This document shows, piece by piece, positions 27,502 through 35,957 of a stretch of DNA of 57,193 nucleotides. The stretch lies in the IMG/VR virus record IMGVR_UViG_3300032331_001351, positions 1 to 57,193 of that record. The stretch is one strand, 5' to 3'. The notes below the pieces were generated by a model. The model saw only the letters and a list, made by a program, of their open reading frames with translations, ran no database searches and was not told the origin of the DNA. The DNA comes from a virus. Taxonomy: Duplodnaviria; Caudoviricetes. Made by a program: the position numbers and the translations under genes. The number at the start of each line of letters is the position of its first letter. Position 1 is the first letter of the stretch.

Positions 27502-29985
27502 TTAGGGGTTGGGGTTAATTCCGGTTCCGGTACTCACTGCGACCTTCTCGCCCGTGGCCATTTCGGCAGCGGCTAGCAGTTTCGCGGTGTCGTTGTCAGC
27601 CGTGTTCATACGTTCACGGGTCTGTAGGTCTGCGGCGAGGCGCTGATCTTCAGCCATTTGACGCATCTGCTCGGCTTGTAGGCGCTCAGAGCTGGCTTGT
27701 TGATCAGCGGCGAGCTTAGCCTGCAACGCCTGTGCGTCTTGCGCCAAGCGGGCTTGGTTGTACTTCGAGTTCTCAGCCAACTTAGCCTGTTCAACTTGAG
27801 TACGAGACTGGGCGTTGATCTGCGCAACCTGTAGGCTGCTATCAGGGGGCATAGGTGGCTGGGGTTTGAACTGCTGAGCGGCTTCATCAATCTGTGCCAA
27901 CTCTTGAGCAAACCCGCCGAGCTGTTGCTCGATGAATTTCTGCACTTCCAAGATGACTTTGACCTGATCTTGAGCTTCTTCAGGGATCAACTCCTCAGTT
28001 TGCGCCTTGTCAACTGCGTTATGTGCTTCAACTAGGTAGTAATTGAGCAAATGATCACGCAAATGTGTGGCGATTGGGTACAAAAACGTCTTTGCGATAG
28101 CCGGGTTAGAGCCAAACAGCGGAGACTTGAGAAACGGTATGTGCGTCATCAAGTGCGCCATGTGATCTTGCGACGGGAGCACGTAAAGCGGGCGACCCAT
28201 AGCGGCGGCGACGTTCTCAGACACCGGATCCATGTCCTCGCTACCCGGCAACGGCTGCAACACCTCATTCGCAGGCACTTTCATGTTGCGGAGGAACATT
28301 TCCTCTACTTTGCGCGCATCATACATCTGCGGCATAGCCTGAGCACGCTGCATGATTGCTTGAGTTTGCGCAAAACGCTGCGTCTCACTGAAAATTGCGG
28401 GGTCGCTGACGGGAATGATGTCCATTGGACCGTCAAAATCAGACGGGTCAATCTCAATACCAGCGGCTTGTGCCTCGATGTCCTCGGTCGTCAAGTACGC
28501 GCTGTTGATACGGTGCAAAATCTTGAAGCAACGCGCCATCGAGCCATGCAACCGGCTGTGAATTGAACTAAACACCACCATACCCTGCTCAATGAGCGCC
28601 ATGGTTGTGCCTACAGGCTGGTTAGGGTTTTGGTCAGAGAGCTTCTCAAACGAGGTTTGCACCACGCCCTTACCCGCGTCCACCAGGAAGCCTAAGAGCT
28701 GAAACAGCGTGGGGCTGGGACCATTAAACGGGATAGGCATCGCCAGCTTGCGCACGTCATCGATGAGCGCCCCACCTTCCATCTCAACCACTTCGGTCGG
28801 TTGGACGTTGAGGGTTTGCCCGCCGGGACCACCTTTCAGCTTGAGCAGCGTGGGGACGTTCTGAATGTGCGCCGAATCCAACAGGGCGCGGAGTGCGCCG
28901 GTGGCTGCACCGCTCAGACCGCCAATCATATGCGTCAGACCGATTGGGTAAGCCCCGCGCCAAGGCACAAAGGGGAACTCTACAATCCAGTCTAGCTCTT
29001 GCTGGCGCTCGTCGTCAGGTTCCCAGTTACGGTACAACCCTAAGCCGAGGTTAGTCGACTTGTCAATGCTGAGGATATACGGCTCGGGACCATCGCCAAA
29101 GTCTAGGTAGGTGTAAACCTCGTAGATTGTACGCAGTCCGTCTTCGTTGTAGCTCAGGTCTTTGCGCCCCTCAATCTTGTCGTTAGCTTGAGTGGACTTG
29201 CTGAACTCGGGATCATCCGGGATGCCCAAGTCAACGTCAATGTACATACCCGACTTGACGCGCCGGGTGTACTCAAACTTCGTAATATACTGCACGTGCG
29301 TTTTACGCTCGGCGGTGTAGAAGTTGGTCGCTGCGAACGGCAGGTAGATGTCATCAATAGCGATGAACTCTGAGCAGGGACGGCGGTGCAACGGGTTCCA
29401 CATGAACTTCATGTACTGACCGCCGCCCAGCGGGAGTTGCGTGCTCAGCTGTTCAAGCTCGCCCCGGAACTCGACCATCTGCTCAGTAGTCTGCCAGTTC
29501 ATGAACTCAGTCTTGCGCTCGGCTTTCTGAATCTTGGACTTGTCGCGCTCGCCGTGGATCTTGCTTTTGACCGGACCATTGGGCGGGAACACTTCCTTCA
29601 TGAACCGGGCTGAGAAGTCCACGCATGCTTCAACGAGCATCGGATGCACGACCTTGTTTGCGCCGGTAAACTGAGCGCCACCGGGCGCGTCGTCACCTAG
29701 ACCGGTGCGGCGTAAGCCCTCCTCGTACTGCTTGTCGCGCTTCTCACGTGCCTCTTTGTCGTTGCCGATCTTTTCAAGCAGGTCGCTAATAGCGGTCTTG
29801 AGTAGGTCTTGCTCCACCTCGTCAACGATGTTGGCAAAGTGCTCGAGCTTGGCGGCATGGTCAACGTCGTTCTTCTCACGAATGATTGCGCCACCGTCCT
29901 CGGTGTCTTCAACTTCGTTGTCAACGTCCTCGAGTTCTACGGTCTCGCCCTCTGGCAGCACGTCTTCTATTCTTTTAGTCGCCAT
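27502..29985 (-). CDS. Portal protein
   Basis: 827 aa; GA.KVVHP.L.EA.V.F.AR, F.P..G.Y.IGL.H.IGG and PVGTTMAL.E motifs; Q/A-rich C-terminal helical extension; lies between terminase and scaffold. Confidence 0.8.
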   Translation of the reverse strand: MATKRIEDVLPEGETVELEDVDNEVEDTEDGGAIIREKNDVDHAAKLEHFANIVDEVEQDLLKTAISDLLEKIGNDKEAREKRDKQYEEGLRRTGLGDDAPGGAQFTGANKVVHPMLVEACVDFSARFMKEVFPPNGPVKSKIHGERDKSKIQKAERKTEFMNWQTTEQMVEFRGELEQLSTQLPLGGGQYMKFMWNPLHRRPCSEFIAIDDIYLPFAATNFYTAERKTHVQYITKFEYTRRVKSGMYIDVDLGIPDDPEFSKSTQANDKIEGRKDLSYNEDGLRTIYEVYTYLDFGDGPEPYILSIDKSTNLGLGLYRNWEPDDERQQELDWIVEFPFVPWRGAYPIGLTHMIGGLSGAATGALRALLDSAHIQNVPTLLKLKGGPGGQTLNVQPTEVVEMEGGALIDDVRKLAMPIPFNGPSPTLFQLLGFLVDAGKGVVQTSFEKLSDQNPNQPVGTTMALIEQGMVVFSSIHSRLHGSMARCFKILHRINSAYLTTEDIEAQAAGIEIDPSDFDGPMDIIPVSDPAIFSETQRFAQTQAIMQRAQAMPQMYDARKVEEMFLRNMKVPANEVLQPLPGSEDMDPVSENVAAAMGRPLYVLPSQDHMAHLMTHIPFLKSPLFGSNPAIAKTFLYPIATHLRDHLLNYYLVEAHNAVDKAQTEELIPEEAQDQVKVILEVQKFIEQQLGGFAQELAQIDEAAQQFKPQPPMPPDSSLQVAQINAQSRTQVEQAKLAENSKYNQARLAQDAQALQAKLAADQQASSERLQAEQMRQMAEDQRLAADLQTRERMNTADNDTAKLLAAAEMATGEKVAVSTGTGINPNP

Positions 29986-29993
29986 TAATTACC

Positions 29994-32588
29994 TCACATA
30001 AATTGGTTAAGTATCGCATCCACGCGACTAGGGTCATAGGCTGAGACGCTGCCGCCGTCAGCAAAAGGTATTTGATACTGCACTTGACCTGAAGGGCTAC
30101 CCCGTTTAGGTTTGTTCACATTGACGCTCAAATGTCCTGGACCAACTTTGCCAGAGTATCCTGCGTTGTAACCCATTACTTCGCTACCGTAAGGTGTCTT
30201 CATTCCCTGCACGCCGAGCATTGCTTGCCCCGCGCCGAGCGGGATTGACCCGTTGAGCATTCCGATGTAAACATCTTTTGCGTCAAGCGGCTTCTGTACT
30301 CTGGCGTTCAGGTTCAAGTCGCCAAGGTTGACGTTGTAGTTGGCGGCGAGGTTCTTCATCAGCTGATCGCGCTCACCTTGCGTCATGCGGTTCATGTCAA
30401 TACCCGCGCTGAAGTCACCACCGCCCACGCGGGCGCGGATACCGGTGCCGACGTTAGAGGCGGTTTCCTCGCGGTTGACTCCGGTCTGCTTCATAGCGTG
30501 CTTGTAAAGGCGCAACGCTTCTGGGTCCTCAGTGAACTCCATGTCTGGTCCGCGAACGCTGCCGCCTTCTTCGTACCCACGGGGAGCATCAATCGTGTTC
30601 ATAATATCGTCCACTTGAAATGGGTCGTATGTGGTGAGCGGGTCTCCCACCAAACCGCCCTCGGCGTAACCGGGTGCGGCTTGACCTTCACCCTTGAGGA
30701 TGAACTCCTTAGCCTCCGGGGTGAAGTTGATCTCGTAATAGGCGTCGCCAATCTTGCGTGAGTCAACGCCGGGTATCTTGAGCAGGGGCTTGAGACCTTC
30801 CTTCAAAATTTGTTGATCGTAAATAGGCGCGTAAGCTGAACTCTCTTTGAGCCGCACAGCGCTAATCGGTTTTGCGGTCGGGTAGTATACGGTGTCCGCG
30901 CCGTTCTCAAGCGCATGCTGAATGGCGGCTTTGAAAACAGTACCGTGCGCTTGACGCAATGCGCCGCTCTGCGCTTTACCTTTCTGTGCGTCGGACTGAA
31001 TCTCTTCAATTACCATGCTGTTAGGTTTAGCGAATATTTTCTCATCGCTTGACAGTCTCGGTTGAATCAACTGCCGCGCCTCGTCTGGTGCGTCAGCAGG
31101 AATAAACGTCCCGCGTACATGACCGATGAGACCTTCTTCACCCTCGTGACCGGGGTAATGTTTGTACCCGCTCATCTGGTTAGGGTGAGACACGCCGATT
31201 TCAAAATACCCGTTTGCGGTTTTGTCTGGGTCTGCAAGTAGACGTTGAAAGTCTTGATAAGCGTAGCCTCCAGGTTCCACCCCCATGAACCCGTAATCTT
31301 GCTCGCGCAAGGTTTCAAAGGTGTTGTTGACCGCGTTCTGACGCTCTTCATCAAACAGGTCATCTATCGCCGCACGACCGTCCGGCGTGTCCATACCGGC
31401 TCGCCTCAAACTTTGTTGCAGTTCAGGAGACAACGCCCCAAACTCTGAATAGCCGTTGTGGTAGTCGTCCAACATCCTGAGGTTTTCGCGGTTGTGTCGC
31501 GTTCCTAGGCGGTCAAGCATACCCTCGTAGATGTTCCAGCGGTCTTCCATGACCAGCTCTTCAGCTTGCTGCAACAAGTGCGCATCGGCGCTCTCAGCTG
31601 AGTTAACGAGGTCTACTTTGTTGTACTGTGACGGGGGGATGCGCTGCTCGAACTCAGCCTTCGTCATACGGGTGTTTGGTTCAAGACCTTGGTACTGCTT
31701 GACGAGGTCGTCAAACCCCTCTTGCGTCATACCGGGCTTGCCGCGCAATTGATTCAAAAAATTTTCAGGGGTCTGTGCCTCTGGTCCTTTGAGGATCTCA
31801 GCCCGAGCCATGGGCTTCAGGTTCAGGTTACCTTGTGGCTGCACAACGTACATCGGCTTAGCCGCCTGTGGCACCAGCTTAGCGAGTGCTCCGCTGTTGT
31901 CAAGAACGGCGCGGTTGAGTTCCTCGCCGACCACCCGTGCTCCGGCTTTACCAGCTTTACCCGCGACCTTGCCGAGTGCGCCGACCACGGGCACAGCATC
32001 AGCACCGAGCAAGACCGTATCCGCAAACGACTCAGCACGACCGGTCTTGAACTGCGGTATACGGCTCATCGCGGGAACTTGCATCGGGTAGTTACCGTAC
32101 GACCAGTTCTCAACTTCCTCCGGCGCTTTACCCATCAGCATATCACCCACGCCTGCACCGCCGAGCAGGGGAACCCATGGCTTGACTTCGTACTGGTTGG
32201 TGTAATCTTTTGCGGACTTGAGGGCTTGGGCTATCTTACCCAACGCTGCGTTCTGCGGAATGGCGCGGACTGAGTCACCCTCAGCGTAATGCGTCCTGAC
32301 TGAACCGCCGTCTGCCCACTTGACCTTGTCAGCCCAATACGCTGCGCTGCTCGGTCCCTTGGCGATGTTCTTTGCGTGACGTGACTTGAACGAGGCTCGC
32401 TTAGCCTTCATGCGGTCGGACTCGCCCGCCTTGGGCTTACCCGCCGTGCTCGCCCCTTGCTCACCAAACCGGATGATCTTCTCTTTGCCATCTACCTTGG
32501 TCTTCACGATGTGAGACTTGGTCGGATGGCTCGGAGTTCGCCGTGGCTGGTTGAGCGGCAAGCTGTCCTTGTCGATGCGGTCGGTCAT
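29994..32588 (-). CDS. Multi-module protein: basic N-terminal domain, central EEIQSD domain and C-terminal beta-strand-rich module, separated by AxGG motifs
   Basis: 864 aa; ...YWADKVKW|ADGG, YAEGG, YEEGG, ...QYQIPF|ADGG; YDP..VD.I.N occurs twice. Confidence 0.7.
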   Translation of the reverse strand: MTDRIDKDSLPLNQPRRTPSHPTKSHIVKTKVDGKEKIIRFGEQGASTAGKPKAGESDRMKAKRASFKSRHAKNIAKGPSSAAYWADKVKWADGGSVRTHYAEGDSVRAIPQNAALGKIAQALKSAKDYTNQYEVKPWVPLLGGAGVGDMLMGKAPEEVENWSYGNYPMQVPAMSRIPQFKTGRAESFADTVLLGADAVPVVGALGKVAGKAGKAGARVVGEELNRAVLDNSGALAKLVPQAAKPMYVVQPQGNLNLKPMARAEILKGPEAQTPENFLNQLRGKPGMTQEGFDDLVKQYQGLEPNTRMTKAEFEQRIPPSQYNKVDLVNSAESADAHLLQQAEELVMEDRWNIYEGMLDRLGTRHNRENLRMLDDYHNGYSEFGALSPELQQSLRRAGMDTPDGRAAIDDLFDEERQNAVNNTFETLREQDYGFMGVEPGGYAYQDFQRLLADPDKTANGYFEIGVSHPNQMSGYKHYPGHEGEEGLIGHVRGTFIPADAPDEARQLIQPRLSSDEKIFAKPNSMVIEEIQSDAQKGKAQSGALRQAHGTVFKAAIQHALENGADTVYYPTAKPISAVRLKESSAYAPIYDQQILKEGLKPLLKIPGVDSRKIGDAYYEINFTPEAKEFILKGEGQAAPGYAEGGLVGDPLTTYDPFQVDDIMNTIDAPRGYEEGGSVRGPDMEFTEDPEALRLYKHAMKQTGVNREETASNVGTGIRARVGGGDFSAGIDMNRMTQGERDQLMKNLAANYNVNLGDLNLNARVQKPLDAKDVYIGMLNGSIPLGAGQAMLGVQGMKTPYGSEVMGYNAGYSGKVGPGHLSVNVNKPKRGSPSGQVQYQIPFADGGSVSAYDPSRVDAILNQFM

Positions 32589-32749
32589 TTCTTCCTCGCC
32601 GCTCTCATGTTGTCTACCATGTTGGGGTAGGGTCTACCCGCGCTCTTAGCTGCCGCCTTGGCAGACGACTTAGCCGCTGGTGACAGCGCTTTGCTCTCGC
32701 CGAGGCTCTTGGGTCGGGCTTTGTCCCAGATAGGCTTCTTAGGCTGCAT
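32585..32749 (-). CDS. Small basic protein (54 aa, MQPKKPIWDK...GRPYPNMVDNMRAARKK)
   Basis: Read by hand; overlaps the terL stop and has an ATGA overlap with the next gene. Confidence 0.65.
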   Translation of the reverse strand: MQPKKPIWDKARPKSLGESKALSPAAKSSAKAAAKSAGRPYPNMVDNMRAARKK

Positions 32750-34310
32750 ACGGGTTTACCCTCGGTTTGTTAGAGATGCGAGGCTCGTCGATATCTTTTG
32801 CTTGAGGTAAATCAAACCATCTATCATTTTTGAGATAAATGATAGCTTGCGTAAACGTGTCAACATAATCATCATGCTCCGCTACTGGGAACTTGCCCAG
32901 TTGTTTGAGGAAAGCCGCTGCCCAACTCACCGGGTGTCCGGGGTTCTTTCCTGATTCCGGTACCCACAACAACCCCAACTCCAAGGTGGGCGCGGCTTGA
33001 TGTGCCCTTGATACCTTGTCAGCCTGACCTGGATTATAGCCCACGGCGGGCACTTTCGCCAAGCGCAAGTCTTGCAACAATGATTGACCGCTGGCTTTCG
33101 CTTCCACCAATATCCTGTCCGGGCGGCGGGCGCGTGAGTACGGAGAGTCCTTCGTCATGCCGCCGTATTCCGTCGTCCAGTCTTTCACGGCTCGTGCCCG
33201 CAAGTCTGGATAGCTCAGGTGTTCGTCCCACGCATCAATGAGCATTGCATTGCGCTCCCCCTTGTGCGTGAACATCGCCCAGACCGAGCAGGCAGTCGGG
33301 TCACCCGTTGTCTTCTCAGTGAACGCACAGTCGTAGGACTGCAGTATGTACTCAAACGGGGGCAGCGGTGACGTCGATGGCCAGAGTTTGAAGTGCGAGG
33401 TCTTGAGGATACCGCCCTCGCTCGGTGTGGGGTCTTGCTGTAGCTGACCGGCGGTTCCGTATGTACCCAACAGCTGCTTCAGCATCGTGATCTCGGCTGC
33501 ACCGAACCGCTCTGGGCAGATCAGCTCGCCTTTCGTCTTACGGGGGTCGTAGGGTCCGAGCACAGTCTTACGTGACTTACCGTCCCACTCTGCCGGAATG
33601 CAAATATGCTCCCAGCCCTTGATGTCCTCAAGGATGTGTCCGCTGATGTCACGCTCGTGTAGGCGCTGCATGACGGTCACCATCGCATCGGTCTTCGGGT
33701 TGTTGAGTCGCGTTGACCACACCATGTCAAACCACTCAAGGTCTGACTCACGCATGACCTCTGACTGCGCGGCTTGAGCGCCGTGCGGGTCGTCAAGTAT
33801 CAAGCGTGAGCCGCCTTCACCCGTGGCTGTACCGCCGACCGAGGTCGCGAGCCGGTAACCGGTCTTGTCGTTCTCAAACCGCTGCTTGGCGTTCTGGTCG
33901 CCGGCAAAGGCAAACATGTAGCCCCATCGTTCCTGATACCACGGTGACTGCAACAGTCGCCGGGTCTTCAAGTTGTCGCGTGTGCTCAGGTTGCCAGAGT
34001 ACGACGCGCACAGGAACTTCTGAGCAGGGTCAGTAATCCACTCCCACGCTGGCCACATGACGCTGACGATGGTCGACTTTGAATGCCGGGGTGGGATGTT
34101 AATGAGCAGCCGGTGTATCTCACCCGCGCTCACTGCCTCAAGATGTTCGCAGATCGCCTCAATGTGCCAACTCGCAATGAACGGTATACCCGGCTCAACC
34201 ACGTGCCAGCTCTGCTTGACGAACTCGTACAGCGAACCCGAAGCAGAGCGGCGCTCTTGCTCTCGCTTGACGAGGTCAAGCATGACAGCCGGGTTCATGG
34301 GCGCGTTCAC
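32739..34310 (-). CDS. terL: Terminase large subunit
   Basis: LLINIPPRHSKS (Walker A variant), LILDDPH (Walker B), MQRLHE.D, QQ.P, SYDCA, VEAKASG and HDDYVD nuclease motifs. Confidence 0.92.
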   Translation of the reverse strand: MNAPMNPAVMLDLVKREQERRSASGSLYEFVKQSWHVVEPGIPFIASWHIEAICEHLEAVSAGEIHRLLINIPPRHSKSTIVSVMWPAWEWITDPAQKFLCASYSGNLSTRDNLKTRRLLQSPWYQERWGYMFAFAGDQNAKQRFENDKTGYRLATSVGGTATGEGGSRLILDDPHGAQAAQSEVMRESDLEWFDMVWSTRLNNPKTDAMVTVMQRLHERDISGHILEDIKGWEHICIPAEWDGKSRKTVLGPYDPRKTKGELICPERFGAAEITMLKQLLGTYGTAGQLQQDPTPSEGGILKTSHFKLWPSTSPLPPFEYILQSYDCAFTEKTTGDPTACSVWAMFTHKGERNAMLIDAWDEHLSYPDLRARAVKDWTTEYGGMTKDSPYSRARRPDRILVEAKASGQSLLQDLRLAKVPAVGYNPGQADKVSRAHQAAPTLELGLLWVPESGKNPGHPVSWAAAFLKQLGKFPVAEHDDYVDTFTQAIIYLKNDRWFDLPQAKDIDEPRISNKPRVNPYAA

Positions 34311-34897
34311 TTCTGCCCAGCCTTGGCGAGCAAGCGGCTCATGTTCTCAAGCTCGTCATCGCTCAGGTTCTTCAGGTCGACCGCCGCGAGTGCGATTGGA
34401 CCGCCGTTTGAGCCGGTGTGCTCCTGGGTGATCTTGTCGCCGTAGACCTTGGGCAGCATCTTGCTGAGCATCCACTTGCGGGTGTCAATCTGAACCCGCT
34501 TGTGCGCAATGACGTCGCTGTTGAGCGGTAGCAGCATCTGCTTGAGCTTGGGCTTACCGTCCGGTTCAAACAGGGGGTCGCCGTCCGGGGACAGCTCCTG
34601 CACCGTCACCCACTCGTGCGTCTTGTCGCTCAGCGCGACGATCTCATCAGCGAGCAGCAGGTAGCCGATCTCGCGGGCGTGCGCGTAGTCCTTGCCTATC
34701 CCCTCCGGGTCTGTCTGAATCCAAGCCAGAAAACCCGCCACAGTTGGCATACCGGGGTCAGTCGAGCAGATGTTTTCAAGCGAGCGCCCCTTCTGCAGCT
34801 CCGCGCAGACATGAGCAGAGACCTGCTCCCGGTCGTACTTCCGGGCGGTAGGACGCGGTACACCTTTGCTGGTGCGAACTGGGGTTGTGTTATTCAT
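34307..34897 (-). CDS. terS: Terminase small subunit (Sf6 gp1-like)
   Basis: G.SL..IC....MP....F..W HTH, Y..ARE, RVQIDTRKWMLSK.LPK.YGDK; likely start ATG at 34897. Confidence 0.85.
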   Translation of the reverse strand: MNNTTPVRTSKGVPRPTARKYDREQVSAHVCAELQKGRSLENICSTDPGMPTVAGFLAWIQTDPEGIGKDYAHAREIGYLLLADEIVALSDKTHEWVTVQELSPDGDPLFEPDGKPKLKQMLLPLNSDVIAHKRVQIDTRKWMLSKMLPKVYGDKITQEHTGSNGGPIALAAVDLKNLSDDELENMSRLLAKAGQK

Positions 34898-34904
34898 GAT
34901 TGAG

Positions 34905-34933
34905 ATTATACCTTCCTGAGTCAAAAAAGACAA
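34905..34933 (-). promoter_or_regulatory. sigma70-type promoter TTGTCT-N17-TATAAT, placing +1 at the terS ATG
   Basis: TATAAT-ctcaatc-ATG with no SD. Confidence 0.6.
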
Positions 34934-34943
34934 GCACAAAAGT

Positions 34944-35194
34944 GATCGGTCGTTCGTCTATATAGAGGACACCCGAACGAACGATTACTTTCACCTACAA
35001 AACATACGTTCCGTAAAAACCACCGAACGATTAAACCGAACGATTACCCTCAAACCTTCTGATCGGCTACGGAGAGAGGACGAATGTCCCTCTCCTCCGG
35101 CGTTCCGAACGTAATTAGAAGAGGCAAAACAGCTAATCGTTCGTTCGGCGCTATCGTTCGAACGATTACCCGAACGATCAAACCGAACGATTAC
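34944..35194. repeat. Iteron-like CGAACGA(TTAC) repeat cluster with dyad symmetry (putative ori or pac)
   Basis: About 9-10 copies in both orientations; perfect 15-bp inverted repeat 34973-34987/35134-35148; 25-bp direct repeat with one mismatch 35023-35047/35170-35194; central imperfect hairpin 35071-35098. Confidence 0.8.
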
Positions 35195-35203
35195 TTTTTT
35201 CAT

Positions 35204-35305
35204 TTAATCTATCTCACTCAACATGAGTATAGAAACGGCAATAATCGCTACGGTCGCACCGCCAGAGCAGAACAGTATGACAGCCCATGCAAACATTTCA
35301 AGCAT
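35204..35305 (-). CDS. Small hydrophobic peptide (33 aa)
   Basis: MLEMFAWAVILFCSGGATVAIIAVSILMLSEID; last in a chain of overlapping small ORFs. Confidence 0.45.
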   Translation of the reverse strand: MLEMFAWAVILFCSGGATVAIIAVSILMLSEID

Positions 35306-35480
35306 TCTTTTTCTCCTTCAAGTTACTGAACCCGATCCGGTTCTTGAGGTCGGCGCAGGTTTGGCATCGCCACATCTTACGACCCGCGATGGTGCGCACC
35401 TGTTTGACCGCAGGTTGCGTGCGACACACCTGACACGTCGGGGGTCGGTGTGGTACCGAAATGCCGATGGGTCTGGTCAT
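35298..35480 (-). CDS. Small zinc-ribbon protein (CQVC...WRCQTC)
   Basis: Two CxxC pairs; ATGA overlap with the upstream ORF. Confidence 0.6.
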   Translation of the reverse strand: MTRPIGISVPHRPPTCQVCRTQPAVKQVRTIAGRKMWRCQTCADLKNRIGFSNLKEKKNA

Positions 35481-35692
35481 GCTTTCATATCCCTCACAAA
35501 ACACGCAAAGCTCGCGGCAGTATCGCCAAAAGGCATACGGTCAAACTTTTGCGCTACTTCCTCAAGCACCTCGTTGCGGTGTGCTGAGTTGTAGCACTCA
35601 CCGGGGGTGGGGCACTGGGCGTGATAACAGCCGGGGCAGACAAAGTCGAGCTTCATCTGAGCGGATTCTTTTTTACTTTTGAACCCGGTCAT
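35477..35692 (-). CDS. Hypothetical protein (MTGFKSKK...RNEVLEEVA...FGDTAASFA.FVRDMK)
   Basis: Likely start ATG at 35692 (ATGA overlap); resembles small phage accessory proteins. Confidence 0.6.
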   Translation of the reverse strand: MTGFKSKKESAQMKLDFVCPGCYHAQCPTPGECYNSAHRNEVLEEVAQKFDRMPFGDTAASFACFVRDMKA

Positions 35693-35802
35693 GATGCTAT
35701 CCAAGCCGCCAGCGCGTAGCCCGCATAAACCAACCCGACCGCCGCGCACAGTATTGACAGCAGTACGCAGAATATTACAACCAGTTTGTCTTCATTAGTC
35801 AT
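35689..35802 (-). CDS. Small single-TM peptide (37 aa)
   Basis: MTNEDKLVVIFCVLLSILCAAVGLVYAGYALAAWIAS; SD GGGAG; coupled to neighbours. Confidence 0.5.
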   Translation of the reverse strand: MTNEDKLVVIFCVLLSILCAAVGLVYAGYALAAWIAS

Positions 35803-35953
35803 GTGAGTCGCTCCCTTTTCTTAACCATGCGTTGAATTTACCTTTCACCTCGCCCTCGGTGTATCCGAAAAAGACCCGGCGCACCTGTGGGTCTACGTAG
35901 GTGAGCTTCCACCAGTTCTCAGTTATACGTTCTATCACGATATTGTTCTCCAT
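35795..35953 (-). CDS. Hypothetical protein (52 aa)
   Basis: MENNIVIERITENWW...; starts 4 nt after the primase stop. Confidence 0.55.
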   Translation of the reverse strand: MENNIVIERITENWWKLTYVDPQVRRVFFGYTEGEVKGKFNAWLRKGSDSHD

Positions 35954-35957
35954 TTGT

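Noticed and set aside
27606-34903. Many antisense and alternate-frame ORFs over portal, terminase and neighbouring genes
   Set aside because: They are shadow ORFs without SDs or recognisable motifs, overlapping well-supported genes.
34944-35194. CRISPR mini-array, given the Cas4-like gene
   Set aside because: Repeats are short, irregularly spaced and in both orientations with no unique spacers; the Cas4-like nuclease sits in an ordinary Sak4/SSB recombination module.
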